Positions 44,414 to 55,156 of a DNA stretch of 64,000 nt are shown here, in pieces. The notes under the pieces were generated by a model. That model was not told where the DNA came from, searched no databases, and saw only the letters and a list, made by a program, of their open reading frames with translations. The stretch covers positions 2,882-66,881 of the forward strand of contig CAVFRF010000063.1 of assembly GCA_963624975.1 (NCBI GenBank), written 5' to 3'. Within the stretch, counting starts at the first letter, position 1. Each line of letters begins with the position of its first letter. The translations under genes were made by a program, and so were the position numbers. This stretch comes from Bacteroidaceae bacterium (GTDB taxonomy: Bacteria > Actinomycetota > Coriobacteriia > Coriobacteriales > CADBOM01).

Positions 44414-45655
44414 ATGAGTGCAGTAAAGAAGTACGGAACGCTGCTGCTGCTGGCATGCGCGCCGGCGTTCATCTTCACGCTCCCCTACATCAGGGAGTCG
44501 TTCTACGTGCCGATCCAGACCGCGATGAACCTCACCAACGCCCAGATGGGCTCGCTCACGGCGTGGTACGCCATCGTGGCCACCCCGGCCTACCTCTTCG
44601 GCGGCATCGTGGCCGACAAGTTCCCGCCCAGGCTCATGATCACCTTCTCGCTGGTGTCCACGGGCCTGCTGGGTCTGTGGTTCTCCACGTTCCCGGGCTA
44701 CGAGGCCTGCCGCATCATCTTCGCCCTCATGGGCCTCACCACGGTGCTCACGTTCTGGAGCTCGGTGATCAAGGCCGTGCGAATGCTCGGCACGCCCGAG
44801 GAGCAGGGACGCCTCTACGGCCTGCAGGAGGGCCTGCGCGGCTTCCTCAACGCCGCCCTCGTGTTCGTGATGGCCTTCATCTACGGCCAGTTCGCCGACG
44901 GCATCGACGGAGCCACCTGGGCCATCAGGTTCTGCGCCATCCTTCTGATCGTGCTGGGTATCATCGGCTTCATCATCCTGTCCAAGGGCAACGACGACGA
45001 GAAGTCCGAGCCCATCGGCCAGCTGCTGCTGGGCATGGTCAAGTGCTTCAAGATTCCCAGGGTCTGGCTGCTCGTGGCCATCATCTTCACCGCCTACAGC
45101 GTCTACGCGCTCATGAGCTACGTCAACACCTACGCGGTCACGTTCTGCGGCCTCAGCGAGACCGACGCCGCCAACCTCGGCGGCATCCGCTACTGCATGC
45201 AGGGCCTCGGCGGCATCGCCGGCGGCTTCCTGGCCGACAAGATCCACTCGCGCCTCAAGGTCATCGGCGGCGCGGGCGTGCTGCTGGCCATCAGCTACTG
45301 CGCGTTCTTCTTCATCCCGGCCGAGGCATCTGCCCTCGTGGCCGTGCTGATCAACTTCATGGTCGGCGTCATGCTCGTGTACACCATCCGAAGCCTCTAC
45401 TTCTCAACCATCTCGGAGGCCAACATCGACGAGTCGATCACGGGCCGCGTCTCGGGCATCATGTCCACCCTGGGCTACCTGCCCGACGTGTTCCTGCTCA
45501 CCCTCACCGGCATGTGGATCGACTCCTACGCCGGAACCACCGGCTACATGATGGTGTTCGGCTACGCCGCCGTGATGGGCATCCTGTGCACGATCATCTC
45601 GCTGATCCTGCTCAAGATCGTCAAGAAGGACAACGGCAAGACCATCAAGGCTTAA
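44414..45655 (+). CDS. MFS transporter
   Basis: About 413 aa with 12 TM helices and the MFS layout (a charged central loop between helix 6 and helix 7). ATG 44414 lies within the track ORF. Confidence 0.8.
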   Translation: MSAVKKYGTLLLLACAPAFIFTLPYIRESFYVPIQTAMNLTNAQMGSLTAWYAIVATPAYLFGGIVADKFPPRLMITFSLVSTGLLGLWFSTFPGYEACRIIFALMGLTTVLTFWSSVIKAVRMLGTPEEQGRLYGLQEGLRGFLNAALVFVMAFIYGQFADGIDGATWAIRFCAILLIVLGIIGFIILSKGNDDEKSEPIGQLLLGMVKCFKIPRVWLLVAIIFTAYSVYALMSYVNTYAVTFCGLSETDAANLGGIRYCMQGLGGIAGGFLADKIHSRLKVIGGAGVLLAISYCAFFFIPAEASALVAVLINFMVGVMLVYTIRSLYFSTISEANIDESITGRVSGIMSTLGYLPDVFLLTLTGMWIDSYAGTTGYMMVFGYAAVMGILCTIISLILLKIVKKDNGKTIKA

Positions 45656-45709
45656 GCATCAGGTTGGTGCATGGCACCTAGCGTCTAGCAACATCTAGCC
45701 CTCCACCAC

Positions 45710-45741
45710 GGGGAAGCTGCTCTGCACGCGGCAGCTTCCCC
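45710..45741 (+). terminator. Rho-independent-type terminator hairpin (GGGGAAGCTGC-N10-GCAGCTTCCCC, then GTTT)
   Basis: 11-bp perfect stem read directly, 55 nt after the MFS stop. Confidence 0.55.
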
Positions 45742-45945
45742 GTTTGAGCCGCAGCCAACATGACGGCTCGAAGGTATTGGGGAAAGCCGGCTCGGAATCT
45801 TCTCTCCGGGCCGGCCTTTCTTTTTGTTGCGCAGGTGCGCTGCCGCCGGCGCACGCTGCGACCGCACGCCCAGCTCGTGCCCGCCCGCCGCGTGTGCGCG
45901 GAGGGCTTCGCCGCAAAGCGGCGGGCATGCACTAATATCTACGGT

Positions 45946-47745
45946 ATGGATTCACAACACATTAGAAACTTCTCCATCATCGCGCATATCGATCACGGCA
46001 AGTCCACCATCGCCGACCGCATCCTGCAATCTACGGGCACTGTGGCCGAGCGCGACATGGTGGACCAGATGCTCGATTCCATGGACATCGAGCGCGAGCG
46101 CGGCATCACCATCAAGTCGCAGCCGGTGCGCATCATCTACAGGGCCGACGACGGCCAGACCTACCATCTCAACCTCATCGATACCCCAGGCCATGTGGAC
46201 TTCGCCTACGAGGTGTCGAGGTCGCTCGCGGCCTGCGAGGGCGCGGTGCTGGTGGTCGACTCCACGCAGGGCGTGCAGGCGCAGACGGTGGCCAATGCAT
46301 CGATGGCGATGAACGCCAACCTGGAGATTATCCCGCTCATCAACAAGATCGACCTGCCAGCCGCCGACCCCGACCGCGTGAGGGACGAGATCGAGGAGGG
46401 CCTGGCCATTCCCGCCGACGATGCCGTGCTGGCATCGGGCAAGACGGGCGAGGGCATCCACGACCTGCTGGAGGCCATCGTCTACCAGATCCCGGCTCCC
46501 GAGGGCGATGCAAACGCCCCGCTCAAGGCGCTGATCTTCGACTCCTACTTCGACCCGTATCGCGGCGTCGTGGCGCTGGTGCGCATCGTGGACGGAGAGG
46601 TGCGCAAGGGCCAGCAGCTGCGCATGATGGCCACTGGCACCACGGCGCTTGCCGAAGACGTGGGCGTGCGCACTCCCAGCGAGACCTCGTGCGAGTCGCT
46701 GGGTATCGGCGAGGTGGGCTATCTGGTCACGGGTCTCAAGGACCCTTCGCAGGTGAAGGTGGGCGACACCATCACGCTGGCCAAGAACGGTGCCGACGAG
46801 CCGCTGGCGGGCTACCGAGACGTCAAGCCCATGGTGTACGCGGGCTTCTTCCCCATCGAGGGCGACCAGTACAACGCAATGCGCGACGCACTGGACAAGC
46901 TCTCGCTCAACGATGCGGCCCTGGTCTACGAGCCCGAGAATTCGCACGCGCTGGGCTTCGGCTTCCGCGTGGGATTTCTAGGGCTGCTCCACATGGAGGT
47001 GGTGAAGGAGAGGCTCGAGCGAGAGTTCGGCCTGGACCTCATCGCCACCGCGCCCAGCGTGGAGTACAAGGTGTACCTCAAAGACGGGCAGATGCTGCAG
47101 ATCCACTCGCCCAAAGACTACCCGGACCCAGCTTCGATCGACCATATCGAGGAGCCGTTCCTCACGGCATCGGTGCTGGTGCCGCCCGACTACGTGGGCG
47201 CCGTGATGGAGGTCTCGATCGATCATCGCGCCACCGTGGACAACATGCAGTACCTCTCCACCAACACCGTGGAGATCAAGCTCACCATCCCGTTGTCGGA
47301 GCTGATCCTCGACTTCTTCGACAAGCTCAAGAGCCGCACCAAGGGCTACGCCACGCTGGACTACGAGTTCAAGGGCTACGAGCCATCGGAGCTGGTGAAG
47401 CTCGAAATCCTCATTTCGGGCAAGCCGGTGGACGCGCTGAGCTTCATCATCCACAAGGACAAGGCCTATGGGCGCGGCAGCAGCCTGGCCAGCAAGCTCA
47501 AAGAGGTGATCCCGAGGCAGCTGTTCGAGGTGCCCATCCAGGCGGCCATCGGCGGCAGGGTGATCGCGCGCACCAACGTGAAGGCCAAGCGCAAGGACGT
47601 GCTGGCCAAGTGCTATGGCGGCGACATCTCGCGCAAACGCAAGCTGCTGGAGAAGCAGAAGGCCGGCAAGAAGCGCATGAAGGCCATCGGCAACGTGGAG
47701 ATTCCGCAAGAGGCGTTCATGGCGATTCTCGAGGTGGACGATTAG
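45946..47745 (+). CDS. lepA: Elongation factor 4
   Basis: [20 protein letters not shown]...DTPGHVDF...NKIDL are GTPase motifs, and the C-terminal LepA domain ([23 protein letters not shown]) is present. Confidence 0.95.
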   Translation: MDSQHIRNFSIIAHIDHGKSTIADRILQSTGTVAERDMVDQMLDSMDIERERGITIKSQPVRIIYRADDGQTYHLNLIDTPGHVDFAYEVSRSLAACEGAVLVVDSTQGVQAQTVANASMAMNANLEIIPLINKIDLPAADPDRVRDEIEEGLAIPADDAVLASGKTGEGIHDLLEAIVYQIPAPEGDANAPLKALIFDSYFDPYRGVVALVRIVDGEVRKGQQLRMMATGTTALAEDVGVRTPSETSCESLGIGEVGYLVTGLKDPSQVKVGDTITLAKNGADEPLAGYRDVKPMVYAGFFPIEGDQYNAMRDALDKLSLNDAALVYEPENSHALGFGFRVGFLGLLHMEVVKERLEREFGLDLIATAPSVEYKVYLKDGQMLQIHSPKDYPDPASIDHIEEPFLTASVLVPPDYVGAVMEVSIDHRATVDNMQYLSTNTVEIKLTIPLSELILDFFDKLKSRTKGYATLDYEFKGYEPSELVKLEILISGKPVDALSFIIHKDKAYGRGSSLASKLKEVIPRQLFEVPIQAAIGGRVIARTNVKAKRKDVLAKCYGGDISRKRKLLEKQKAGKKRMKAIGNVEIPQEAFMAILEVDD

Positions 47746-47747
47746 CC

Positions 47748-48821
47748 GTGGCCGGTGAACGCGCGGCTGCGAGTGCTGCCGATTTCGCGAAGCTCATCGA
47801 GTGCAATCCCGTTTTGCTGGCTCCCATGGCGGGCTGGACCGACGTGGTCTACCGTGCCATCTGCAAGCGCATGGGCGCGGGTCTCACCTATACCGAGATG
47901 GTGTCGGCGCAGGGCCTCGAGCACGGCAGCGACAAGACTGCCGAGTACCTTGCGGTGTCCGAAGAAGAGGGCGCTGTGGTGGTACAGCTCTTCGGCAACG
48001 ACCCTGCGGTGATGGCGCATCAGGCGGCGATGCTGTGCGACGAGATGGGCGATGCGCTCGCGGCGATCGACATCAACATGGGCTGCCCCGCCCGCAAGGT
48101 CGTGCGCAAGGGCGAGGGTTCGGCTCTCATGAAAACTCCACAGCTCGCGGCGCAGATCGTGTCGCGCATGGTGGAGGCGTCGCGGGTGCCGGTAACGGCG
48201 AAGTTCCGCCGCGGCTATGCCCGTGGCGACGAGACGGCAGTTGAGTTTGCGCGTCAGATGGAGGCGGCGGGTGCCGCTGCGGTGTGCGTGCATGGCCGCT
48301 ATGCTGCCGATATGTACCATGGGCAGGCCGATTGGGACATCGTGCGCCGGGTGAAGGACGCGGTGAGCGTGCCTGCGATCGCCAGCGGCGACCTCATGAG
48401 CGCACGCGCCGTCGTGGATTGCCTCGATTCCACGGGAGCCGATGCCGCGATGGTCGCGCGAGGGGCGCAGGGCAACCCGTGGATCTTCGCGCAAACCGCC
48501 GAGCTGCTGCAGCTGCGTGCTGCGGGCGCGGGCGCCGAGGAGCTTGCCGTTTGGCAGCCCGCTCCAATTGCGCTCGAGGAGCGCCTGCACGTGGCCCGCA
48601 TGCACACGAGGATGCTGGCCCAGCGCGATCCGCGCACCGTGGTGCACATGCGCAACTACTTCATGCCGTACTTCAAGGGCACGCCTGGTGCCTCGGCTCT
48701 GCGGGGCAAGGTCGTCGAATGCGTGACCCTCGACGACTTCGAGCGCTTCTTCGACTACATATGGGAGCAGGCGCTCGAGCATGGCTACGCGGCTGCGGCG
48801 CGCGACGGCGGCGAGCTGTAG
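47748..48821 (+). CDS. dus: tRNA-dihydrouridine synthase
   Basis: LAPMAGWTDVVYR...IDINMGCPARKV...VTAKFR...VHGR are Dus-family motifs. GTG start 2 nt after the lepA stop. Confidence 0.85.
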   Translation: MAGERAAASAADFAKLIECNPVLLAPMAGWTDVVYRAICKRMGAGLTYTEMVSAQGLEHGSDKTAEYLAVSEEEGAVVVQLFGNDPAVMAHQAAMLCDEMGDALAAIDINMGCPARKVVRKGEGSALMKTPQLAAQIVSRMVEASRVPVTAKFRRGYARGDETAVEFARQMEAAGAAAVCVHGRYAADMYHGQADWDIVRRVKDAVSVPAIASGDLMSARAVVDCLDSTGADAAMVARGAQGNPWIFAQTAELLQLRAAGAGAEELAVWQPAPIALEERLHVARMHTRMLAQRDPRTVVHMRNYFMPYFKGTPGASALRGKVVECVTLDDFERFFDYIWEQALEHGYAAAARDGGEL

Positions 48822-48895
48822 TGAGTGTCGCGGCTTCGTGCGGATTCGGGCAGGCGTATGCCGCTGAGGGCTGCCGTTGCGACTCTTCTCGGCCT

Positions 48896-50218
48896 ATGCG
48901 GAGCATGCCGATGAACAGGCCGTTCGAAGGACTCTACCTGCATATTCCCTTTTGCGTGAAGCGGTGCGCGTACTGCGACTTTCCCACCAACGCTGTGCCG
49001 CGGGATTCGGCTCGCATCGACGACTACCTCGAGCAGCTGGTGCTCTCTGTTGAGCTGGCCGGGCGTGCTGGGCTTCTCGATCGTGTTCGCACGATCTACA
49101 TAGGCGGTGGAACGCCGAGCTTTGTTGGCGCGGCGCGGCTGCGTCGGCTGCTGGAGACAGTGGGCGAGCGCGTCGACCTTTCGCAGGTTGTGGAGTTCAC
49201 CATGGAGGCCAACCCCGATTCCTTTGACGAGGAGGTCGCTTCGGCGGTGTCGCGGCTGGGGGTCAATCGGTTCTCGATTGGCGTGCAGAGCACCGACGAC
49301 GACACGTTGCGCCTGCTTGGTCGCGTGCATAGCGGCGCGCAGGCACTCGAGGCGCTGCGTGTGGCGGGGGAGTACGCCCCCAAAGTTTCCGCCGACATTA
49401 TCTGCGGGATCATGGGAGTGCCGCATGAGCCGGGGGAGACGAGCGACTGTGTGGTCTCGGCGATGCGCGCCCGTATGCTGCGCTCGATTGGCGACGTGGT
49501 GGCTGCCGGCGTGAACCATGTGAGCGTGTATCCGCTCACCATCGAGGAGGGCACGCCGTTCGAGCGTGCGATCGAGGCGGGCGATCTTCCCGATGTCGAC
49601 GAGGACGAGCAGGCGGCCGACATGCTGGCGGCCGCATCCTTTCTTGGCGCAGTCGAGCCGCAGCCATTCAAGCGCTACGAGATTTCCAACTATGCTCTGC
49701 CGGGATGCGAGAGCCGGCACAACACCAGCTACTGGACGGGGGTACCCTACCTTGGGCTGGGTGCAGGTGCAGCCAGCATGTTCGATGCGGTCGACAGGGA
49801 CCGGGTGCTGGAAAGCGGAGCGCTCGCCGCTTGGGGCTGGCGGGGAGATGCCAGAGACGACACGACCTTGCCGGGTTCGCGCACGGCAGATTCGGCATTT
49901 CCGGCCGACCCTGCTCTCAGGGGTGGGCGAACCCGCATCGCGGACTGCTTCGAGGAAAGTCTCACCTGCGCACAAGCCGCTGCCGAGGACTTCATGCTGG
50001 CCATGCGTCTTGCTGGCGGTATAGAGCGCAGCCGACTCGAGGCTCTGCAAAACGCCAATCCCGCGTTGCGAGAAGCCGAACGATCGATCATCCAGAAGGG
50101 CCTGGCAGCATGGGCCTGCAGCAGCGGCCACTCCTCCTCAACCGACTGCCTGGCCCCAACCGAGCGAGGCTGGCTCCTGGGCAACGAGATGTTCGCCACA
50201 ATCTGGACCGCCGGGTAG
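48896..50218 (+). CDS. hemW: Radical SAM heme chaperone / coproporphyrinogen-III-oxidase-like protein HemW
   Basis: LYLHIPFCVKRCAYCDF is the CxxxCxxC radical-SAM motif with the HemN-like context (GGGTPS). Three clustered ATGs (48896, 48905, 48911) are possible starts. Confidence 0.85.
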   Translation: MRSMPMNRPFEGLYLHIPFCVKRCAYCDFPTNAVPRDSARIDDYLEQLVLSVELAGRAGLLDRVRTIYIGGGTPSFVGAARLRRLLETVGERVDLSQVVEFTMEANPDSFDEEVASAVSRLGVNRFSIGVQSTDDDTLRLLGRVHSGAQALEALRVAGEYAPKVSADIICGIMGVPHEPGETSDCVVSAMRARMLRSIGDVVAAGVNHVSVYPLTIEEGTPFERAIEAGDLPDVDEDEQAADMLAAASFLGAVEPQPFKRYEISNYALPGCESRHNTSYWTGVPYLGLGAGAASMFDAVDRDRVLESGALAAWGWRGDARDDTTLPGSRTADSAFPADPALRGGRTRIADCFEESLTCAQAAAEDFMLAMRLAGGIERSRLEALQNANPALREAERSIIQKGLAAWACSSGHSSSTDCLAPTERGWLLGNEMFATIWTAG

Positions 50219-50238
50219 CCATTTGCAGGTGCGGCAAG

Positions 50239-51666
50239 CTACAGGCAAGCAGTGAGGCGCCCGTCTTCGCGCACGCCGTCGATCGTTGCGTCCACGAAAC
50301 TGCCCTCGGCCTGAGGGGTCGGCAGCACCACCTCGTGATAGCTCTGCGCCATGCCGAGCGTGGGGGTCATCATGAGCAGGCGCTCCCGACGGCCGATTCT
50401 TGCGAGCGAGTCGGCGTGGCGCATCTCGTCGGAGAGGTCGCGCATCGCACGGGCTCGCTGCGCTGCAACTTCGGGCGGAATCTGGCCGTCCATCTCGGCG
50501 GCGGGCGTGCCTTCGCGGCGCGAGTACCGAAACACGTGCATCTTGGAAAAGCCCATCGAGCGGCAGAAGTCCAGTGACTGCGCGAAATCCTCGTCGGACT
50601 CCTGCGGGAATCCCACGATCACGTCGGTGGTGAGCGACAGCTCCGGGCACGCGTCGCGAACGAGCGCGATGCGCTGGACGAACTCGTCCGAGTCGTAGAG
50701 CCTGTGCATGGCGGCGAGCGTGCGGTCGCAGCCCGATTGCAGCGGCACGTGCAGATGAGCGCAGATGCGCTGTGGATTTGCGCCCATGACCTGCGCAAGC
50801 TCGGCATTGATGTGCGGCGGCTCGATGGAGGAGATGCGCACGCGTCCGATTGGCGTGCGCATGAGCGCTTCGAGAAGCTGTGGCAACCGTGCGCCATGGT
50901 CGTTGAAGCAGCCGAGATTCACGCCGGTGAGCACCACCTCGCCCACGCCTGCTGCGTGAGCGCTCTCGACCTGTGCAACAACCGCGGCAATCGAGAGGCT
51001 CGTCACCGGGCCACGCGCCACGTGCACGATGCAATAGGTGCACGCGTTGTTGCAGCCGTCTTGGATCTTGATGTCCATGCGGGTCTTGAATCCCGAGGTA
51101 GCTCGAAGCTTCACGGCATCGGGGGACTGGGCGACAAACACCTCGGTTGCGGGGGGCTTCTCCAACGCTGTCGGAGTCGCCATTGCCATATTCGCTCCCG
51201 GTGCAGCATCCGCCCTCGGTGCCGACACACCCGCGGCTTCTGCCAGCATATTCACGGCGACTTGCGATGCCTTGAGCCGCGAAGGTTCCACGACCACGCG
51301 TTCGCTCAGAGCCGCCAGATCGTCGGCATGCATCGCAGCCGCGCAGCCCGTTACCACCACGGGGCAGCTGCTCTCTCGCAGCAGCTTGCGTATCGCCTTG
51401 CGGGTCTTGGCATCGGCCTCGGCCGTAACCGTGCACGTGTTCACGATCGCCACATCAGCATCGCCGGCATCCCGCCTCACCCCACCTGCGGCCATGCAAG
51501 AGGCCGCCATGGTGTCGGACTCGGCCCGGTTGACCTTGCATCCAAGGTTGAGCACGTGGAACCCCGGTGCCGGCGTGCCGCAGCTCAGTATTGCACCGCC
51601 GTCAGTGCCTTCGCCACAACCCGGCACCGCGCTCGCGTCCTCGCAATCCCGCTTGCCGTCAACCAT
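50239..51666 (-). CDS. mtaB: Radical SAM methylthiotransferase, MtaB-like (MiaB family)
   Basis: N-terminal UPF0004 domain (FHVLNLGCKVNRAESD...VNTCTVT), radical-SAM motif GCNNACTYC, and a C-terminal TRAM-like end. Confidence 0.85.
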   Translation of the reverse strand: MVDGKRDCEDASAVPGCGEGTDGGAILSCGTPAPGFHVLNLGCKVNRAESDTMAASCMAAGGVRRDAGDADVAIVNTCTVTAEADAKTRKAIRKLLRESSCPVVVTGCAAAMHADDLAALSERVVVEPSRLKASQVAVNMLAEAAGVSAPRADAAPGANMAMATPTALEKPPATEVFVAQSPDAVKLRATSGFKTRMDIKIQDGCNNACTYCIVHVARGPVTSLSIAAVVAQVESAHAAGVGEVVLTGVNLGCFNDHGARLPQLLEALMRTPIGRVRISSIEPPHINAELAQVMGANPQRICAHLHVPLQSGCDRTLAAMHRLYDSDEFVQRIALVRDACPELSLTTDVIVGFPQESDEDFAQSLDFCRSMGFSKMHVFRYSRREGTPAAEMDGQIPPEVAAQRARAMRDLSDEMRHADSLARIGRRERLLMMTPTLGMAQSYHEVVLPTPQAEGSFVDATIDGVREDGRLTACL

Positions 51667-52803
51667 CTACGACAGAGCGTCCTTTATCTTCTGGAAGCGG
51701 CCCTTTTCGCCGTCGTAGTCTTCTCCGAAAACGTCGGCCGCACGTTCGAGCGCAGAGCGCTCTTCCTTCGAGAGCTTCTTGGGCACGTCCACCCAGATGT
51801 GCGCGTACATGTCGCCACGGGCATCGCTGTTGTAGCGGGGCATGCCCATGTTCTTTACTCGAATCACGTCTTCGTTCTGCGTGCCGGCGGGAATCTTGAT
51901 CTCCACGTCTTCGTCGGGCATGATGCCCTCGATTTCCACCGTTGCGCCCAGTGCAGCCTGGAACATCGAGATGTTGACCCTGGTGTGCAGGTTGTCGCCA
52001 TCGCGCTGGAAGAAGTCGTTGTCGTCCACGTGGACCTTCACGATGAGGTCGCCCGTGGAGTCGCCGCGCACGCCGGCTTCGCCCTTGCCCGATATCTTGA
52101 CCTGCTGGCCCTCGCGGATGCCCTTCGGCACCTCCACGGTAACCTGCTCTCGCTGCGGGGAACGGCCCTCGCCGTCGCATTCGGGGCAGGGGTTGGTGAC
52201 CTTCTTGCCCACGCCGCCGCAGTCGGGGCACGTGCTCTGCGTCTGCATGGCGCCCAGCATGGTGCGCTGCACCGTCACCACCACGCCGCGTCCGCCGCAT
52301 CTGTCGCAGGTCTCGACCTGGCCACCCTCGGCCGTGCCCGATCCACCGCACGTCTCGCACGGAGCCAGCCTCTCGTAGGAGACCTCCTTGGTCACGCCGG
52401 TAGCGACCTCCTCCAGCGTAAGGTGCAGCCCGATCGCCATGTTGCGGCCCGCTGTGCGTGCACGCGCGCCCGCGCCGCCGCCCATGCCGCCGCCGAAGAT
52501 GGTGTCGAAGATGTCGCCCATTCCGCCGAAGCCGCCGCCGAAGATGTCGGAGAAGTCGACTCCCGCGCCGCCTCCGAATCCGCCGGGCCCGTCCACCGTG
52601 CCGAAGCGGTCGTACTGCGCGCGCTTCTTCTCGTCGGACAGCACCGCGTAGGCCTCGTTGAGCTTCTTGAACTCCTCCTCTGCGTCGGGGGAGTCGTTCA
52701 CGTCGGGGTGAACCTTGCGCGCCTTGCGGTAGAAAGCCTTCTTGATGTCGGACTGCGAGGCGTCTTTGTCTACGCCCAGCAGCTCATAATAGTCTGCTGC
52801 CAA
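51667..52803 (-). CDS. dnaJ: Chaperone DnaJ (type I)
   Basis: ADYYELLGV...HPDVN is the J-domain. A G/F-rich region and four CxxCxGxG Zn-finger repeats follow. TTG start at 52803 is preceded by AGGAGA. The longer track ORF adds a non-homologous N-terminus. Confidence 0.9.
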   Translation of the reverse strand: MAADYYELLGVDKDASQSDIKKAFYRKARKVHPDVNDSPDAEEEFKKLNEAYAVLSDEKKRAQYDRFGTVDGPGGFGGGAGVDFSDIFGGGFGGMGDIFDTIFGGGMGGGAGARARTAGRNMAIGLHLTLEEVATGVTKEVSYERLAPCETCGGSGTAEGGQVETCDRCGGRGVVVTVQRTMLGAMQTQSTCPDCGGVGKKVTNPCPECDGEGRSPQREQVTVEVPKGIREGQQVKISGKGEAGVRGDSTGDLIVKVHVDDNDFFQRDGDNLHTRVNISMFQAALGATVEIEGIMPDEDVEIKIPAGTQNEDVIRVKNMGMPRYNSDARGDMYAHIWVDVPKKLSKEERSALERAADVFGEDYDGEKGRFQKIKDALS

Positions 52804-52816
52804 CTCTGCTGTTCTC

Positions 52817-53902
52817 CTATTGTTCTTTGCCCTTGATGTTGTCGTCCAGATAGCCCGATGCCGAACGCACCGCATCGATGATCTTGCCGTAGTCCATGCG
52901 CGTCGGACCCACGATGGCGATGGTGCCCTTGCGGTCGTCGGAGCCGTAGCTCGAGGCTACCACCGAGATGTTGCCCAGGCTCTCGTCGTTGTTCTCGTGC
53001 CCGATGCGCACGTCCAGCCCCTTCATCGACACGAAGTCGCCCAGCAGCCTGAACATGGTGAGGTCGTCGTCGAGCAGGCGTGCAAAGCCCATGGCCAGCG
53101 ACATCTTCTGCATCTCGGGTTGCGAGAAGAGGTTCTCCACGCCGTTGAAATGCAGCTGAGTGCACTCCTCGTCGAAGAGCTTGTCGTCGATGGCCTCCAC
53201 GATCTTCTGAAGGTCCTTCTTCGAAGACGCGTCGCCCAAGATCGGCTGCTTGCCGTGGCCGTGCTTCGCTCCAGTGCTGCTGTCGTCTGCGTCGTCCTCG
53301 TCTTTGGCCAGCGGGTCGAACGAGCCCTTGATCTCGAACTCCTTGTTGACCATGGCCTCCAGCACGCATACCTCTTCGGCGCTGCGCGGCTCGTCAAGCT
53401 CCACCACGGTGTTGAGCACGCGGCCGTCCTTGATTACCAGCACTGCGATCACGTGCGTGCTGTCGATGCGCACCAGCGAGATCTGCCTGAGCGAGATCTT
53501 GGTAACGCGCGGCGCCATCACCACGGCAAGGCAGTCGGTAAAGCGGTTGAGCGCCCTGCTGGTTTCCTTGAGAAGGTCGTCCAGCTCGTCGGCGGAATCC
53601 TTCAGCTCCTCTGCGATGGAATCGTCGGCCTGCTTCTGCTCCTCGTCTTCCTCGGCGATGTTGGACAGCAGCTCGTCGACGAATGACCTGTACCCGGTGT
53701 CGGTGGGCACCCTGCCCGAAGACACGTGCGGCGACACCACATAGCCGTCTTCCTCCAGCACGTACAGCTCGTTGCGCACCGTAGCCGAGCTTACGCCCAG
53801 GCCGTGCTTGCCCACTATCGCCCGCGAGCTAACAGGCGAGGCCGTGGAGATGTACTCCTCTATGAGCGCGTTGAGCACTTTCCTGCGTCTGTCGCTCAGC
53901 AT
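52817..53902 (-). CDS. hrcA: Heat-inducible transcription repressor HrcA
   Basis: [29 protein letters not shown]...[18 protein letters not shown] is the HrcA winged-helix N-terminus. Confidence 0.9.
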   Translation of the reverse strand: MLSDRRRKVLNALIEEYISTASPVSSRAIVGKHGLGVSSATVRNELYVLEEDGYVVSPHVSSGRVPTDTGYRSFVDELLSNIAEEDEEQKQADDSIAEELKDSADELDDLLKETSRALNRFTDCLAVVMAPRVTKISLRQISLVRIDSTHVIAVLVIKDGRVLNTVVELDEPRSAEEVCVLEAMVNKEFEIKGSFDPLAKDEDDADDSSTGAKHGHGKQPILGDASSKKDLQKIVEAIDDKLFDEECTQLHFNGVENLFSQPEMQKMSLAMGFARLLDDDLTMFRLLGDFVSMKGLDVRIGHENNDESLGNISVVASSYGSDDRKGTIAIVGPTRMDYGKIIDAVRSASGYLDDNIKGKEQ

Positions 53903-53960
53903 CGGCGGCCTCCTCTCGCTCGCGTTTCCATGGGCTTGCAACTTGCTCTAACCTGTGAGT

Positions 53961-53987
53961 TTAGCAGTTTGAGCATGAGAGTGCTAA
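53961..53987 (-). promoter_or_regulatory. CIRCE operator (TTAGCAGTT-N9-GAGTGCTAA)
   Basis: Matches the CIRCE consensus TTAGCACTC-N9-GAGTGCTAA at 16 of 18 arm positions. Lies 59 nt upstream of the hrcA start. Confidence 0.75.
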
Positions 53988-54152
53988 ACAAACCCGCCGC
54001 AAATCCGCTATTTGCTCCACGTAATTTGGCACAGGATGTGCAAGCCGCGATGTCGGATGCCCCATGCGTCTGCGGCGGGATGCAAACTCGTCGTGTATAG
54101 TACGAGGTAGCGGCTGAATGCAGGCAGCTCGCAAGATCGCGGAGGAGGACTT

Positions 54153-55148
54153 TTGGCAGGCAGCACGGAGACGATAGCGATAAAGGCGCCCTACGGATTC
54201 GACATGAGGGCGCTGGTCGGGCCCGAGGATCGCAATCTCAGGCTCATCGAGTCGAAGTTCGATTCGAAGGTCACGGTGCGCGGCGATACCATCACGGTGA
54301 CGGGCGACCCCGTCGAGGTGCAGGTGCTCGAATCTCTCTTCTCCGATTGCATGAAGGCCGTGGCCAAAGACGGCGAGCTTTCCGAGGCTTTCGTCAAGCA
54401 CGCGATCGAGCTGGTGCGCACCGGCGAGTTCGCCCCGTCGGCTCTGCGCGACGACATCCTGCTCACCTACCGCGGCAAGGCTGTGCGTCCCAAGACCGCA
54501 GGCCAGAAGCGATACGCCGACGCGATTCGCTCCAACGTCGTGACCTTCGGCATCGGCCCTGCGGGTACCGGCAAGACCTACCTTGCGATGGCGATGGCCG
54601 TGGCCGCGCTCAAGCGCAAGGAAATCAGCCGCATCATCCTCACGCGTCCGGTGGTGGAGGCAGGTGAGTCGCTGGGCTACCTGCCAGGCACCCTCAACGA
54701 CAAGGTCGACCCCTACGTGCGGCCGCTCTACGACGCGCTGTTCGACATGGTCGACAGCGAGCATGCCAACGAGATGCTGGAGCTTCGAACCATCGAAATC
54801 GCGCCGCTCGCGTACATGCGCGGACGCACGCTCAACGACAGCTTCATCATCCTAGACGAGGCGCAAAACACCACGCCGCAGCAGATGAAGATGTTTCTCA
54901 CCAGGCTTGGGTTCAACTCCAAGATGGTGGTGACCGGCGACGTTACGCAGCTCGACCTTCCACGTGGAAAGTCTGGGCTCATCTCGGTTCGCTCGATTCT
55001 GCAGGGCATCGAGGACATCGCGTTTTGCGACCTCAGCGCCGCCGACGTGGTGCGCCACTCGCTGGTGCAGAAGATTGTGAACGCCTACGACGAGGCCTTC
55101 GCGAAGTCCGCTCAGGGCGAGGCAGCCGCAGAGCCACGTTGCAGATAG
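54153..55148 (+). CDS. phoH: PhoH-family ATPase
   Basis: GIGPAGTGKTYLAMA (Walker A), ILDEAQN (Walker B) and VVTGDVTQLDLP. TTG start after GGAGGAGGA. Confidence 0.9.
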   Translation: MAGSTETIAIKAPYGFDMRALVGPEDRNLRLIESKFDSKVTVRGDTITVTGDPVEVQVLESLFSDCMKAVAKDGELSEAFVKHAIELVRTGEFAPSALRDDILLTYRGKAVRPKTAGQKRYADAIRSNVVTFGIGPAGTGKTYLAMAMAVAALKRKEISRIILTRPVVEAGESLGYLPGTLNDKVDPYVRPLYDALFDMVDSEHANEMLELRTIEIAPLAYMRGRTLNDSFIILDEAQNTTPQQMKMFLTRLGFNSKMVVTGDVTQLDLPRGKSGLISVRSILQGIEDIAFCDLSAADVVRHSLVQKIVNAYDEAFAKSAQGEAAAEPRCR

Positions 55149-55156
55149 GAGCAGCA

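Noticed and set aside
42686-45247. 853-aa minus-strand ORF spanning the MttB and MFS genes. Similar very long antisense ORFs occur at 61134-63872, 26896-28950, 25266-26783, 15433-16743, 32477-34354, 50704-52836 and 41-997.
   Set aside because: Their translations are Arg/Ala/Gly/His/Val-rich low-complexity strings with no motifs. Each lies exactly opposite a gene with clear family signatures. These are the usual stop-codon-poor shadow frames of high-GC DNA.
45656-45945. Several 60-85-aa ORFs on both strands in the MFS-lepA spacer (45678-45935).
   Set aside because: They mutually overlap, are Arg/Ala-rich, and lack RBSs. The region instead contains a strong terminator hairpin (45710-45741) and a second GC hairpin followed by a T-run, so it is treated as non-coding.
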